Below, piece by piece: positions 9,176 through 18,974 of a stretch of DNA of 64,000 nt (positions are counted from its first letter, which is position 1; every line of letters begins with the position of its first letter). The notes under the pieces were generated by a model, which was given only the letters and a program-made list of their open reading frames with translations, had not been told where the DNA came from and searched no databases. The position numbers were made by a program, and so were the translations under genes. This stretch comes from an uncultured delta proteobacterium (lineage in GTDB: Bacteria; Desulfobacterota; RBG-13-43-22), in the NCBI GenBank assembly GCA_963746605.1, contig CAVVCH010000061.1:134441-198440 (forward strand), written 5' to 3'.

Positions 9176-9718
9176 ATGGATCTGAACACATTTTTTAAAG
9201 AAAAAAAGTCTGCTTTCCTAAAACGGTGGTTCAACCTCATCGTGGAAACCTACCCCGATGAGACCACGCGGTTTCTGAAATACCAAAAAGATCGCTTTGC
9301 CAATCCGGTCGGTTATGCCTTGACGCAATCCCTCGACCGGTTATATGAAGAGGTTGTTTCCGGAGTGGACCCCGAGCGGGCCGCTCCGGCCTTGGATCAG
9401 ATTATACGGATTCGAGCCATACAAAACTTTTCCCCCTCCCAGGCGGTCGCCTTCGTCTTTTTTTTGAAAACCGTCATCCGCGATGCCCTGGAGGAGGAGA
9501 TTAGACAATCCGGGATCAAGGAAGAACTGCTGATCATCGAGACCCGCATCGACCAGTTGGCGCTGTTGGCCTTTGATCAGTACATGGCTTGCCGGGAAAA
9601 GCTCTATGACCTCAAGGCCAACGAACTTCGCCGGCAGACCCATCGACTGTTGCAGCGGGCCAAAATTATCGGGGAGCCCCCCGCCTCCGACCTGAACTCC
9701 GAAGAAGGTAACGTTTGA
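9176..9718 (+). CDS. dsrT: DsrT-like protein (RsbRD-N-like conserved protein preceding dsrMKJOP); assignment tentative
   Basis: 180-aa soluble ORF in the position dsrT occupies in dsrTMKJOP clusters of Desulfobacterota and Chlorobi. Called from context and size, not from a motif. Confidence 0.45.
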   Translation: MDLNTFFKEKKSAFLKRWFNLIVETYPDETTRFLKYQKDRFANPVGYALTQSLDRLYEEVVSGVDPERAAPALDQIIRIRAIQNFSPSQAVAFVFFLKTVIRDALEEEIRQSGIKEELLIIETRIDQLALLAFDQYMACREKLYDLKANELRRQTHRLLQRAKIIGEPPASDLNSEEGNV

Positions 9719-9748
9719 ACGGTTTAAAATAAAGGAGAGGGTAGGTCC

Positions 9749-10777
9749 ATGAATTTCATACTCAGTTTAATCATAGCGCTTGTGGTTGTTAACGTCCTGG
9801 TTATGATCCCCCTGGTAGGAATACTGGCGGCCAATATGCAATTTCTGTTCGGGGTGATCCTTCCCTACGCGGCGGTGCTGATTTTCCTGATCGGAATGAT
9901 CTGGCGGGTCACCACCTGGGCCAAGGCCCCGGTTCCCTTCCGGATCCCTACCACGGCGGGACAGCAAAAGACACTGCCCTGGATCAAGGACAGTAAATTG
10001 GACAACCCCACCACCACCGCCGGCGTCGTGGGGCGCATGCTCCTGGAAGTCCTGCTCTTTCGGTCGCTCTTCCGGAATACCAAAATGGAATACCGCGAAG
10101 GCCCCCGGGTCACCTATGAATGGGAAAAATGGTTGTGGCTGTTTGCGCTCGTTTTTCATTATGCCTTCCTGGTGGTTTTGATCCGGCATCTTCGTTTTTT
10201 TACCGAGCCCGTGCCGGTCTTCGTTCAAATCCTGGAATCGCTGGACGGTTTTGTCCAGATGGGGATCGCCCCCTTAAACGGACTGGGACTGCCGGTGATG
10301 CTGCTCAGCGGAGTGGTCCTCCCGGCGGCCGTTACCTTTCTGTTGCTTCGTCGCCTGCTGGTTCCCAGTGTCCGTTATATTTCCCTTCCGGCCGATTACT
10401 TTCCCCTGCTTCTGATCCTCGGCATTGCCACCACCGGAATTCTGATGCGGTACCTCCTTAAATTGGACGTGGTCGGCGTCAAACAGTTGATGATCGGTCT
10501 GGTGACCTTCAAGCCCGTGGTGCCCCAGGGGATCGGGGTCCTTTTTTATATCCATCTATTTATGATCTGCACCCTTTTTGCCTATTTTCCCTTCAGCAAG
10601 CTGGTCCATCTGGGCGGCATCTTTCTCAGCCCGACCCGTAACCTGGCCAACAACAACCGGATGGTCCGCCACGTGAACCCCTGGTGGTATCCGGTCAAGG
10701 TGCACACCTATGAACATTACGAGGATGAATTCCGAGAAAAAATGATTGAGGCTGGAATCCCAGTGGAAAAGGAGTAA
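9749..10777 (+). CDS. dsrM: DsrM, membrane di-haem b subunit (NarI-like)
   Basis: 342 aa, multiple TM helices with conserved His, good RBS AAAGGAGAGGG, followed directly by dsrK. Confidence 0.85.
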   Translation: MNFILSLIIALVVVNVLVMIPLVGILAANMQFLFGVILPYAAVLIFLIGMIWRVTTWAKAPVPFRIPTTAGQQKTLPWIKDSKLDNPTTTAGVVGRMLLEVLLFRSLFRNTKMEYREGPRVTYEWEKWLWLFALVFHYAFLVVLIRHLRFFTEPVPVFVQILESLDGFVQMGIAPLNGLGLPVMLLSGVVLPAAVTFLLLRRLLVPSVRYISLPADYFPLLLILGIATTGILMRYLLKLDVVGVKQLMIGLVTFKPVVPQGIGVLFYIHLFMICTLFAYFPFSKLVHLGGIFLSPTRNLANNNRMVRHVNPWWYPVKVHTYEHYEDEFREKMIEAGIPVEKE

Positions 10778-10779
10778 TC

Positions 10780-12417
10780 ATGGCCTTCAAGAATATTCCC
10801 AAGCCCAATGAATTAGCCCAGATCGGCCATAATCCCCCCTCGATGAAGGGCTGGATGGATGTCCCAGCGGATATCCGGCCGGGGATGTTTTGTTACGCCG
10901 GTCAGCCTAAGAATTTGGAGGCGGTGGGCCTGCCCAATCCGCGGAAATGGGCTCCGACCGATGACGACTGGCAACTGCCCGACAACTGGAAAGAGATATT
11001 CCTGGAGGGCATGCGGGAACGGTTGAAGAAGTATCGCACCTTCCAGATCTTCATGGACATCTGCGTCCGCTGCGGGGCCTGCGCGGACAAGTGCCATTTT
11101 TTCATCGGCTCCGGGGATCCTAAAAACATGCCGGTCCTGCGGGCCGAGCTGTTGCGCTCTATCTACCGGCGGGAGTTCACCGTCGCCGGAAAGCTGCTGG
11201 GAAAGATGGCCGGTGCCCGGGAGCTGACTCCCGAGGTATTGAAGGAAATCTGGCATTACATGTTCCAGTGTACGGAGTGCCGCCGCTGTTCCCTCTTCTG
11301 CCCCTACGGCATCGACACCGCTGAAATCACGATTATCGGCCGGGAATTGCTCAACCTGCTGGGGTTGAACATCGACTGGATCGCCGGGCCCGTGGCCAAC
11401 TGTTACCGGAAAGGAAATCACCTGGGCATCGAGCCCCATGCCTTTAAAGACATGATCGAGTTTTTCCTCGATGAGGTCGAGGGCGTTTGTGGGATCCGGC
11501 CGGAGCCGACCTTTAACCGCAAAGGGGCTGAAATCCTGTTCGTCACCCCTTCGGGTGACGTCTTTGCCGACCCCGGGACTTATACCGCCATGGGCTACCT
11601 GATGCTCTTCCATCAATTGGGACTGGATTACACCTGGAGCACCTATGCCTCCGAAGGCGGGAACTTCGGGTTTTTCACCTCCAATGAAATGGCCCAGCGG
11701 TTGAATTATAAGATCTACGCCGAGGCCAAACGCCTGGGGGTCAAATGGATCCTGGGCGGCGAGTGCGGCCACATGTGGCGCCTGATCCATCAATACATGG
11801 ACACCTGGAACGGGCCGGCGGATTTCCTGGAGGAACCGGTGTCGCCCATCACCGGGACTAAATTTGAAAATGCCAAGGCCACCAAGATGGTCCATTTGGT
11901 GGAGTTCACCGCCGACCTGATCCGGAACGGCAAATTGAAGCTGGATCCCAGCCGCAACGACAACCTGCGGGTCACGTTTCATGACTCCTGCAACACCGCC
12001 CGAGGCATGGGATTTTTCGAAGAGCCTCGATATGTCATCAAACACGTCTGTAATAATTTTTTTGAAATGCCGGAAAACACGATCCGGGAGCAGACCTTCT
12101 GCTGCGGCAGCGGCTCCGGGCTGAACGCCGGTGAGGATATGGAGCTGCGGATGCGGGGCGGGTTTCCCCGGGCCAATGCCGTCCGCTTCGTTCACGATAG
12201 GTTTGGGGTCAATATGCTGGCTAATATCTGCGCCATCGACCGGGCAGCCTTATCCACTTCCATGGAATATTGGGTTCCGGAGGTAGGGGTCACCGGGGTT
12301 CACGAGATGGTGGCCAATGCCCTGATCATGGACGGCGAAGGGGAGCGGACCACCGATCTGCGCGGGGAACCCCTGCCTGGATTCGAGGAAAAGGAGGAGG
12401 GCGAAGAAGATGTATGA
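10780..12417 (+). CDS. dsrK: DsrK, HdrD-like Fe-S catalytic subunit with CCG domains
   Basis: 545 aa with CVRCGACADKC, CTECRRCSLFCP and C-terminal CCG-type Cys motifs (TFHDSCNTARG, TFCCGSGSG). Confidence 0.9.
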   Translation: MAFKNIPKPNELAQIGHNPPSMKGWMDVPADIRPGMFCYAGQPKNLEAVGLPNPRKWAPTDDDWQLPDNWKEIFLEGMRERLKKYRTFQIFMDICVRCGACADKCHFFIGSGDPKNMPVLRAELLRSIYRREFTVAGKLLGKMAGARELTPEVLKEIWHYMFQCTECRRCSLFCPYGIDTAEITIIGRELLNLLGLNIDWIAGPVANCYRKGNHLGIEPHAFKDMIEFFLDEVEGVCGIRPEPTFNRKGAEILFVTPSGDVFADPGTYTAMGYLMLFHQLGLDYTWSTYASEGGNFGFFTSNEMAQRLNYKIYAEAKRLGVKWILGGECGHMWRLIHQYMDTWNGPADFLEEPVSPITGTKFENAKATKMVHLVEFTADLIRNGKLKLDPSRNDNLRVTFHDSCNTARGMGFFEEPRYVIKHVCNNFFEMPENTIREQTFCCGSGSGLNAGEDMELRMRGGFPRANAVRFVHDRFGVNMLANICAIDRAALSTSMEYWVPEVGVTGVHEMVANALIMDGEGERTTDLRGEPLPGFEEKEEGEEDV

Positions 12418-12806
12418 CAGCGGCAAGATCATCACGGGGATAGTCATTTTCGTCATTCTGGTGACTTTTCCGATCTGGTACAATCTGGGTCGGGCCACGC
12501 CGCCACCGGATCCCAAAATTGATACCCCGGTCATTCAGGCGCTGGCGGAAAAGAAGTGTATCGAACCGAAAAGCCAGATGAAATACACCCATATGAAGAT
12601 TCTGGATGAATGGCGCCATACGGTCGTGCGGACCCAGGAGCGGATTTATACGGCCGCCGACGGGAAGACAGTATGATATGAGCCTTCAGAATACCTGTAT
12701 GAAATGCCATTCCAACAAAAGCCAGTTCTGCGATCAGTGCCATAATTATTTGCAGGTCAAACCCTATTGCTGGGATTGCCACATCGCGCCAAAGGAGAAA
12801 AAGTAA
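12410..12806 (+). pseudogene. dsrJ: DsrJ tri-haem cytochrome c, interrupted by an apparent +1 frameshift near 12670-12676 (ORFs 12410..12676 and 12606..12806); possibly a sequencing artefact
   Basis: The N-terminal TM anchor plus ...TAADGKTV are in frame 2. Three CxxCH motifs (CMKCH, CDQCH, CWDCH) follow in frame 0. Combined length ~132 aa fits DsrJ. Confidence 0.8.
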
Positions 12807-13582
12807 TGGGCCTCAATCGAAGAGATTTCCTGAAAATAGCCGGGATTTCCAGCCTCATGGGGCTGGGAGGGAAGGCGGCGCTGGAGGTCCTCCGGCCGGG
12901 GGAGTTGGAGGCGTCCCTGCCCCTCGCCCCTCCGATCGCAGCCAAGCACTGGGCCATGGTCATCGATACCCGGAAGCTTAAAACCGAAGAAGATTTTCAG
13001 CGGTGTATCGATGCCTGCCACCGGACGCACAATGTGCCCAAAATTCCCAGTGCCAAGGAAGAAATCAAGTGGATTTGGACGGAGGCCTATAAAAACGCCT
13101 TTCCCGACGATGAACACGAATACGTAGCCGAAGCGGTGGAGCATAAAAAGTTTTTAACCTTCTGCAACCACTGCACCAATCCCCCTTGTGTCCGGGTTTG
13201 TCCCACCAAGGCCACTTTTAAACGGGCCGACGGGATCGTCATGATGGACTTTCACCGGTGCATCGGCTGCCGGTTCTGTATGGCCGGCTGTCCCTACGGT
13301 TCCCGGAGTTTCAACTGGGGGGACCCGCGCCGTTACCTCAAGGAACCCACCAATCCGGCTTTTCCAACGCGCGCCAAGGGGGTGGTGGAGAAATGTAATT
13401 TCTGTGAGGATCGTTTGGCCAAGGGACAAAATCCGGCCTGTGTGGAGGCCTCCAACGGGGCCCTGGTGTTCGGCGATTTAGCCAATCCGAATTCCGAGGT
13501 CAGGAAGCTGCTGAAAGAGAATTATTCGATTCGCCGTAAACCCGGTCTGGGAACGTATCCCAACCTTTTCTATTTGGTATGA
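12806..13582 (+). CDS. dsrO: DsrO, periplasmic Fe-S subunit with a Tat signal
   Basis: MGLNRRDFLKIAG twin-arginine signal and four-Cys ferredoxin motifs (CNHCTNPPCVRVCP, CIGCRFCMAGCP, CNFCEDR). The start overlaps the dsrJ stop (TAATG). Confidence 0.85.
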   Translation: MGLNRRDFLKIAGISSLMGLGGKAALEVLRPGELEASLPLAPPIAAKHWAMVIDTRKLKTEEDFQRCIDACHRTHNVPKIPSAKEEIKWIWTEAYKNAFPDDEHEYVAEAVEHKKFLTFCNHCTNPPCVRVCPTKATFKRADGIVMMDFHRCIGCRFCMAGCPYGSRSFNWGDPRRYLKEPTNPAFPTRAKGVVEKCNFCEDRLAKGQNPACVEASNGALVFGDLANPNSEVRKLLKENYSIRRKPGLGTYPNLFYLV

Positions 13583-13589
13583 GGTGGTT

Positions 13590-14759
13590 ATGTTCGAGAA
13601 AGCGCTTACAGGAAGCAAGGGATATTATACATGGTTGGCCTTCTTGGGGATTTTTATCGCCACCGGAGTGGCCTGCTACCTCTATCAATTTAACGAGGGC
13701 CTGCGCATCACCGGATTGAGCCGGGATGTCTCCTGGGGTTTCTATATCGCCCAATTTACCTTTCTGGTCGGGGTGGCGGCGTCGGCGGTCATGCTGGTGT
13801 TGCCCTATTACCTGCATGACGTCAAGGTTTTTGGCAAGATTACCATCCTGGGTGAATTCCTGGCCATCGCTTCGGTGACCATGTGTCTGCTTTTTATCTT
13901 TGTGGACCTCGGCAACCCCGTGCGGATCTTGAACGTCATCCTCTACCCGACGCCCAATTCCATCCTCTTCTGGGATATGATCGTGCTGAACGTGTATTTG
14001 ATCCTCAATATCCTGATCGGCTGGAATGTCCTGGCTGCGGAACGCAAGGCCGTGGCCCCGCCCCGATGGGTCACCCCCCTGATCTACCTTTCCATCCCCT
14101 GGGCCGTCAGCATTCACACGGTCACGGCGTTCCTCTACGCCGGCCTTCCGGGGCGCCATTTCTGGCTCAGCGCCATTATGGCGGTCCGCTTTCTGGGGTC
14201 GGCCTTTGCCGCCGGCCCGGCCCTGCTGGTGCTCCTGGCCCTGATCGTCCGCCGGGCCACCGGGTTTGATGCCGGCAACGAGGCCCTGAAAAAATTGATC
14301 AACATCATCACCTACGCCATGCTGGCCAGTATCTTCTTCGTCATCCTGGAGCTATTCACCGCCTTCTACAGCCAGATCCCGGGTCATATGCATGCCTTCC
14401 AATATCTCTTCTGGGGATTGGAAGGCCATAACAAATACACCACCTGGACCTGGATTTCCGTGTGCATGGGGCTGACCTCGGCCCTGCTGCTGGTCATCCC
14501 CTGGACCCGGAACAAGATGGGTATTGCCGCCATAGCCTGCTTCGGCGTGTTTGGTTCCTTGTGGATTGAAAAGGGGCTCACCCTGGTGGTCACCGGCTTT
14601 ATCCCCAACCCGCTGGAAAAGGTGGTCGAATATGCCCCCACCGCCCCGGAGATTTTCATCGCCTTGGGGGTCTGGGCCACCGGTTTTCTGGTGTTGACCC
14701 TCTTGTATAAGATTGCCATCTCCGTAAAGCTGGATCCCAACAGCGCTTCTGTACATTAA
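13590..14759 (+). CDS. dsrP: DsrP, NrfD/PsrC-like integral membrane subunit
   Basis: ~390 aa, about ten predicted TM helices, last gene of dsrMKJOP. ATG 13590 preferred over GTG 13584 because of SD spacing. Confidence 0.85.
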   Translation: MFEKALTGSKGYYTWLAFLGIFIATGVACYLYQFNEGLRITGLSRDVSWGFYIAQFTFLVGVAASAVMLVLPYYLHDVKVFGKITILGEFLAIASVTMCLLFIFVDLGNPVRILNVILYPTPNSILFWDMIVLNVYLILNILIGWNVLAAERKAVAPPRWVTPLIYLSIPWAVSIHTVTAFLYAGLPGRHFWLSAIMAVRFLGSAFAAGPALLVLLALIVRRATGFDAGNEALKKLINIITYAMLASIFFVILELFTAFYSQIPGHMHAFQYLFWGLEGHNKYTTWTWISVCMGLTSALLLVIPWTRNKMGIAAIACFGVFGSLWIEKGLTLVVTGFIPNPLEKVVEYAPTAPEIFIALGVWATGFLVLTLLYKIAISVKLDPNSASVH

Positions 14760-14774
14760 TACATCTGCTTGAAA

Positions 14775-14813
14775 CAAAAAAGGCCCATCCGGTATTCGGA
14801 TGGGCCTTTTTTG
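14775..14813. terminator. bidirectional rho-independent terminator (AAAAAA-GGCCCATCCG-GTATT-CGGATGGGCC-TTTTTT) shared by dsrP (+) and the convergent VOC gene (-)
   Basis: Perfect 10-bp GC-rich stem, 5-nt loop, flanked by an A6 and a T6 run. Confidence 0.8.
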
Positions 14814-14829
14814 TCCTGCTCGCTTCCCT

Positions 14830-15420
14830 TTATGGGTCTTTTCTTATCCCGTGAAACAGCTCGCTTCCCACGCCGGGATAGATCTTTCTTCTTTCAGGCG
14901 GGGTGGGATTAACTACCGGAGGCCAGGCATCCCGGTGAGGCTCGGATCCTTCCCGAGAGACGGCCGAGGGGGCCGTATCCTTCAAGGAAGGCCGGAGACG
15001 CAGCTCGATTCCTTCCACGTCATGACTGAATTCGATGGGGATCCCGTTGGGGTCATAGGTGTAAATGGAGTGGATGAAGCCATGGTTGATAACCTCCGAG
15101 ACCTCGAAGCCCCCGGCCTCCAATTTATCCTTCAGCTCCCAGAGGTGCTCTTCCTGTTCGACGCCGAAGGAAACATGATCGAAGATGAAAGGGCCTTTGA
15201 CCGGGTAGCCATGCTCCTTCTCCTCTACCGGTTCCACATCCGGCCATTCAAAAAAGGCGATCAGGTCCTGGGGGGAGATTTCCAGGAAATAGTGGCGGTA
15301 GCCGGGATGGCCCAGGCCGGCCACCAGCCGCATTCCCAGGAGATCACGCCAAAAGCGGATAGTCCTATCCATATCGCCGGTAGCCATGGCCAAATGATTA
15401 ATTCCCGTATAATGGATCAT
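14830..15420 (-). CDS. VOC/glyoxalase-family protein (lactoylglutathione lyase-like)
   Basis: MIHYTGINHLAMATGDMDRTIRFWRDLLGM... HGFIHSIYTYDPNGIPIEF is the typical VOC beta-alpha-beta-beta-beta module. RBS AGGAGGG upstream of ATG (complement of 15418-15420). Confidence 0.7.
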   Translation of the reverse strand: MIHYTGINHLAMATGDMDRTIRFWRDLLGMRLVAGLGHPGYRHYFLEISPQDLIAFFEWPDVEPVEEKEHGYPVKGPFIFDHVSFGVEQEEHLWELKDKLEAGGFEVSEVINHGFIHSIYTYDPNGIPIEFSHDVEGIELRLRPSLKDTAPSAVSREGSEPHRDAWPPVVNPTPPERRKIYPGVGSELFHGIRKDP

Positions 15421-15583
15421 TGATCCCTCCTGGAAAAGGTGATATTCTTTGGCTTTGCGCCCTTTTTTTGGGTGAGTGGCGGCTCTCGCGGAGAAAAAGG
15501 TTCCCAACCAAAAAGGGGAAACACCCTTTCTATTTTAAGGCCAAAATAGAAATCGTCAACCCCGTCCGAATTCTGTTAGAAAC

Positions 15584-15612
15584 TTGACAGGAGGGAAAAT
15601 TTTTATTAGATT
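15584..15612 (+). promoter_or_regulatory. putative sigma70 promoter of the liv-type ABC operon (TTGACA, 17 nt, TAGATT)
   Basis: TTGACA 15584-15589 and TAGATT 15607-15612, about 30 nt upstream of the RBS GAAGGAGG. Confidence 0.35.
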
Positions 15613-15644
15613 GCCTGATCACCTTTTCTAGAGAAGGAGGACCT

Positions 15645-16943
15645 ATGAAGAAGCGCATGGTGTCTTGGCTGGTTTTTTCCCTGATGGTTTTGCTGGCCGT
15701 GGGACTGGCCTCGGCCGCTACCATCAAAATCGGGGTCATCTACCCCTTGACGGGCGGGGCGGCCGCCGAGGGACGGGAACTGCGGGCCGGCGCTGAACTG
15801 GCGGCGGAGATCGCCAATAGCGCCAACGCGGCCATGGCCATGAGTATGGCCAGAAATGCCGGGATCAAAAGTCTGGGCGGCGCCAAGATCGAGTTGATTT
15901 TCAAGGATCACGAAGGTAATCCAACCCTGGGGGCCGACTTGGCAAAAAAACTTATCCTGGACGACAAGGTGGTGGGAATCCTGGGCTGCTATCATAGCGC
16001 CGTCACCAAAACCGTCAGCGCCGTGGCTGAGCAGTACGGCATCCCCATGATCAATGACTCCTCCACCTCTCCAGATCTGACCAAACGGGGCTTCAAGTGG
16101 TTCTGGCGCACCACCCCCCATGACGGCACCTTCACGCGGGACCTTTTTGAGTTTATGAAAGGGCTGACCCAGGGGAAGGCGAAGGGGATCAAGGCCGTCC
16201 CCAAGGCGGATATCAATGATCTGGCTTCGGCCTGTGAAAAAACGGAGTGGGGCTCCCATGTCTCCCAGTTGATCGAGGTCTACGGCAAGGAATATGGGTT
16301 TAACGTCAAGAAGTCGATTCTCTATGCCGCCAAATCGGCCGACCTGTCGAGCGAGGTGGGATCTTTGAAAGCGGTCAAACCGGATGTGATGCTCTTCGCC
16401 TCCTACGCCTCCGACGCCATTTTAATGATGAAAACCTTGAAGGCCCAGAAGGCCCAACCGAAGATCCTTTGGGGACAGGATGCCGGTTTTGAGGCCCCCG
16501 AGTTTCGGACTTCAATGGGAGATGACGTGGTGGGCATCCTGACCCGAACTGTTTTTTCGCCCAAGATCGCCGAGGTGAAGAAAGTGGCCGGGCAGGTCAA
16601 CGACCTCTACAAGAAAAAACACAACCGTGATTTGAGCGGAGCCTCGGCCCGGGCCTTTACCGGGGTCCAGGCCTGGGTGGAGGTGCTGGAAAAAGCGGGA
16701 TCCACCAAACCGGCCGACATCCAGAAGGCCGCCAATGCCATCAATATCCCAGGGGATCAATTGATTGTGCCCTGGGCCGGGATCAAGTTCGCTACCAGCG
16801 GAGACGACCTGGGCCAGAACGTTCTGGGTTCGGGCATGATCGGCCAGTATCAGAAAGGAAAAGACGGCCAGATCGTTCTGGAAATCGCCTATCCCTTTGA
16901 CGTAGCCACGGCCAATCTGGTGTATCCGTTTAAAGGTTTTTAG
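15645..16943 (+). CDS. ABC transporter substrate-binding protein, branched-chain amino acid (LivK/LivJ) family
   Basis: Signal peptide followed by IKIGVIYPLTGGAAAEGRELRAGAELA and GILGCYHSAVT, as in type-I periplasmic Leu/Ile/Val-binding proteins. Confidence 0.85.
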   Translation: MKKRMVSWLVFSLMVLLAVGLASAATIKIGVIYPLTGGAAAEGRELRAGAELAAEIANSANAAMAMSMARNAGIKSLGGAKIELIFKDHEGNPTLGADLAKKLILDDKVVGILGCYHSAVTKTVSAVAEQYGIPMINDSSTSPDLTKRGFKWFWRTTPHDGTFTRDLFEFMKGLTQGKAKGIKAVPKADINDLASACEKTEWGSHVSQLIEVYGKEYGFNVKKSILYAAKSADLSSEVGSLKAVKPDVMLFASYASDAILMMKTLKAQKAQPKILWGQDAGFEAPEFRTSMGDDVVGILTRTVFSPKIAEVKKVAGQVNDLYKKKHNRDLSGASARAFTGVQAWVEVLEKAGSTKPADIQKAANAINIPGDQLIVPWAGIKFATSGDDLGQNVLGSGMIGQYQKGKDGQIVLEIAYPFDVATANLVYPFKGF

Positions 16944-17058
16944 ACAAGACCATTCGGCGTCGGGCCTGTGCGTTCGACGACGGATGAACTGGATGGGTTA
17001 AATGGGGGAGGGCCGGGCGGGTCGCTCCCCCATTTTCAATGATTCAAACGCGATCCTT

Positions 17059-17973
17059 ATGGAAATATTACTCAGCGCGCTGGTCTCCGGATTGATGCTC
17101 GGCCTGGTCCTGGCCATCATGGCCCTGGGGTTGACCATCATCTTCGGCGTGATGGATATGGTCAATTTCGCCCACGGCGAATTTCTGATGATCGGCATGT
17201 ATGCCGGACTGCTGACCGCCCAGATCACCGGGGCCGACCCCTTGTTCGGCCTACCCGTGGCGGCCGCCATTGGCTTCCTCCTGGGGGTACTCTGTTATTA
17301 CGGCCTGGCCAGATACCTGCTTCGCGGCCCCATGGTGGCCCAGCTTTTAGGCACTTTCGGACTGATGCTCTTCCTGCGCAACCTGGCACTTCTGATTATG
17401 GGTTCGGAAGACCGGGCTCTGCACGAGGGGCTTCTGGTCGGCAAAAGTCTGGAAATCGGGTTGGGGGTTATCATTCCGGCCACCAAGCTGGCCGCCGCCG
17501 TCTTCGCGATCATGGCTTTTGGGGCCGTCTGGTTGCTGATGAATAAAACCAGGGTCGGCCAGGCGCTGACGGCCACCTCGCTGAACGCCGAGGGAGCCCG
17601 CTACATGGGCATTCACACGGAAAAGATGAACGCCCTGGCTTGGGGATTAGGAGCGGCTACGGCCACCCTCGCCGGAGCACTGTTGGTAAATTTCTGGTCG
17701 GTCAACCCTTTCGTGGGCCTGCTTTTTACCATGATCGCTTTTACGGTGGTGGCCCTGGGGGGATTCGGCAGCGTTCCCGGGGCCTTTTTTGCCGGCCTGG
17801 TAGTGGGGGTGATCACCGAACTGCCCGGGATCTGGGACTTCTTCACCTACACTTTTCATTTTCAATGGATGCAAAAAGTCCCCATGACTTCCTTTAAATA
17901 CACCTTCGTTTATCTGGCCTACTTCCTGATCATGGTTTTTCGGCCTCGGGGGCTCTTCGGATGGAAGCCGTAA
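17059..17973 (+). CDS. livH: branched-chain amino acid ABC transporter permease (LivH-like)
   Basis: Multi-TM protein with MDMVNFAHGEFLMIGMY matching the conserved LivH motif. Start taken at MEILLSAL. Confidence 0.8.
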   Translation: MEILLSALVSGLMLGLVLAIMALGLTIIFGVMDMVNFAHGEFLMIGMYAGLLTAQITGADPLFGLPVAAAIGFLLGVLCYYGLARYLLRGPMVAQLLGTFGLMLFLRNLALLIMGSEDRALHEGLLVGKSLEIGLGVIIPATKLAAAVFAIMAFGAVWLLMNKTRVGQALTATSLNAEGARYMGIHTEKMNALAWGLGAATATLAGALLVNFWSVNPFVGLLFTMIAFTVVALGGFGSVPGAFFAGLVVGVITELPGIWDFFTYTFHFQWMQKVPMTSFKYTFVYLAYFLIMVFRPRGLFGWKP

Positions 17974-18974
17974 AGAGCGCCGTCGACTTTTCAGATTTCC
18001 CGCGCCTGGATCGGATGGTGGCTGCGCTGGGAGCCGTCTTCCTTCTTTTTTTCCCCTGGATACCCCATTCCTCTTTCGCCATGACCACCATGATCCAGTT
18101 TCTGATGTTCAGCACCTACGGGATGGGCTGGAATACTATCGGCGGCTACGGCGGGCAGGTGGATCTGGGGAAAGCCCAATACGTGGGCATCGGGGCCTAT
18201 ACCACCGCGGTGATGCTGATCCGCTGGGATGTCCCCTTTTGGGTCTCCATGCCCATCGGGTTGGGTCTTTCGGTGGGCTGGTCGTTTCTGATCGGGTATC
18301 CCCTGTTTCGGTTGAAGGGGCATTATTTCGCCATCGCCACCATTGCCACCTCTCTGGTTCTGAAGGACGTTTTCGAGGTCTGGAATTTTTTGGGCGCCTC
18401 CCGGGGGCTGGAGATTTCCCCCATCAAGTACCAACCCCCCGACTTCCTGCGGCTGATTTTCCGGAGCGACGTTCCCTACTATTATATTATGCTGGGCATC
18501 TTTTTCCTCGGGCTCCTGATCATCAACTGGTTCAGAAAATCGCGTTTAGGTTTTCAACTGCGGTCGATCAAAGATAATGAGGATATCGCCCGTTCGCTGG
18601 GCATCGATGTCCATTGGGCCAAGATCAAGACCTATGCCGTGGCTACGGCTTTCGTCAGCGTGGTCGGTTCGTTTCATGCCTGTTACATCAAAAACATCGA
18701 ACCGGAAGATACGATGAGTCTGGATATCTCGGTGCTCATCGCCTTGATGGCCATGCTGGGCGGAGCCGGTTCTCTCTGGGGTCCGGTTATCGGGGCGGCC
18801 ATTCTGATCCCCATGAAAAGCTACTTCAAGGAATGGCTCGGTGCCCAGGCCGGACTGGTTGGATTGGACCTGATCCTTTATAGTGCTATTATCATGCTGG
18901 TAGCCGCCGTGGAGCCCCGGGGCATCTGGGGGTTCGTGGAAAAGGCCCGGAGAAAAAAAAGAAGCCAACCATGA
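17961..18974 (+). CDS. livM: branched-chain amino acid ABC transporter permease (LivM-like)
   Basis: Multi-TM permease that overlaps the livH end and precedes the ATPase genes. Confidence 0.8.
   Translation: MEAVKSAVDFSDFPRLDRMVAALGAVFLLFFPWIPHSSFAMTTMIQFLMFSTYGMGWNTIGGYGGQVDLGKAQYVGIGAYTTAVMLIRWDVPFWVSMPIGLGLSVGWSFLIGYPLFRLKGHYFAIATIATSLVLKDVFEVWNFLGASRGLEISPIKYQPPDFLRLIFRSDVPYYYIMLGIFFLGLLIINWFRKSRLGFQLRSIKDNEDIARSLGIDVHWAKIKTYAVATAFVSVVGSFHACYIKNIEPEDTMSLDISVLIALMAMLGGAGSLWGPVIGAAILIPMKSYFKEWLGAQAGLVGLDLILYSAIIMLVAAVEPRGIWGFVEKARRKKRSQP

Noticed and set aside
5719-12195. Antisense ORFs opposite dsrB (5719..6816) and dsrK (10813..12195)
   Set aside because: Same reasoning: the sense strand encodes unmistakable Dsr proteins.
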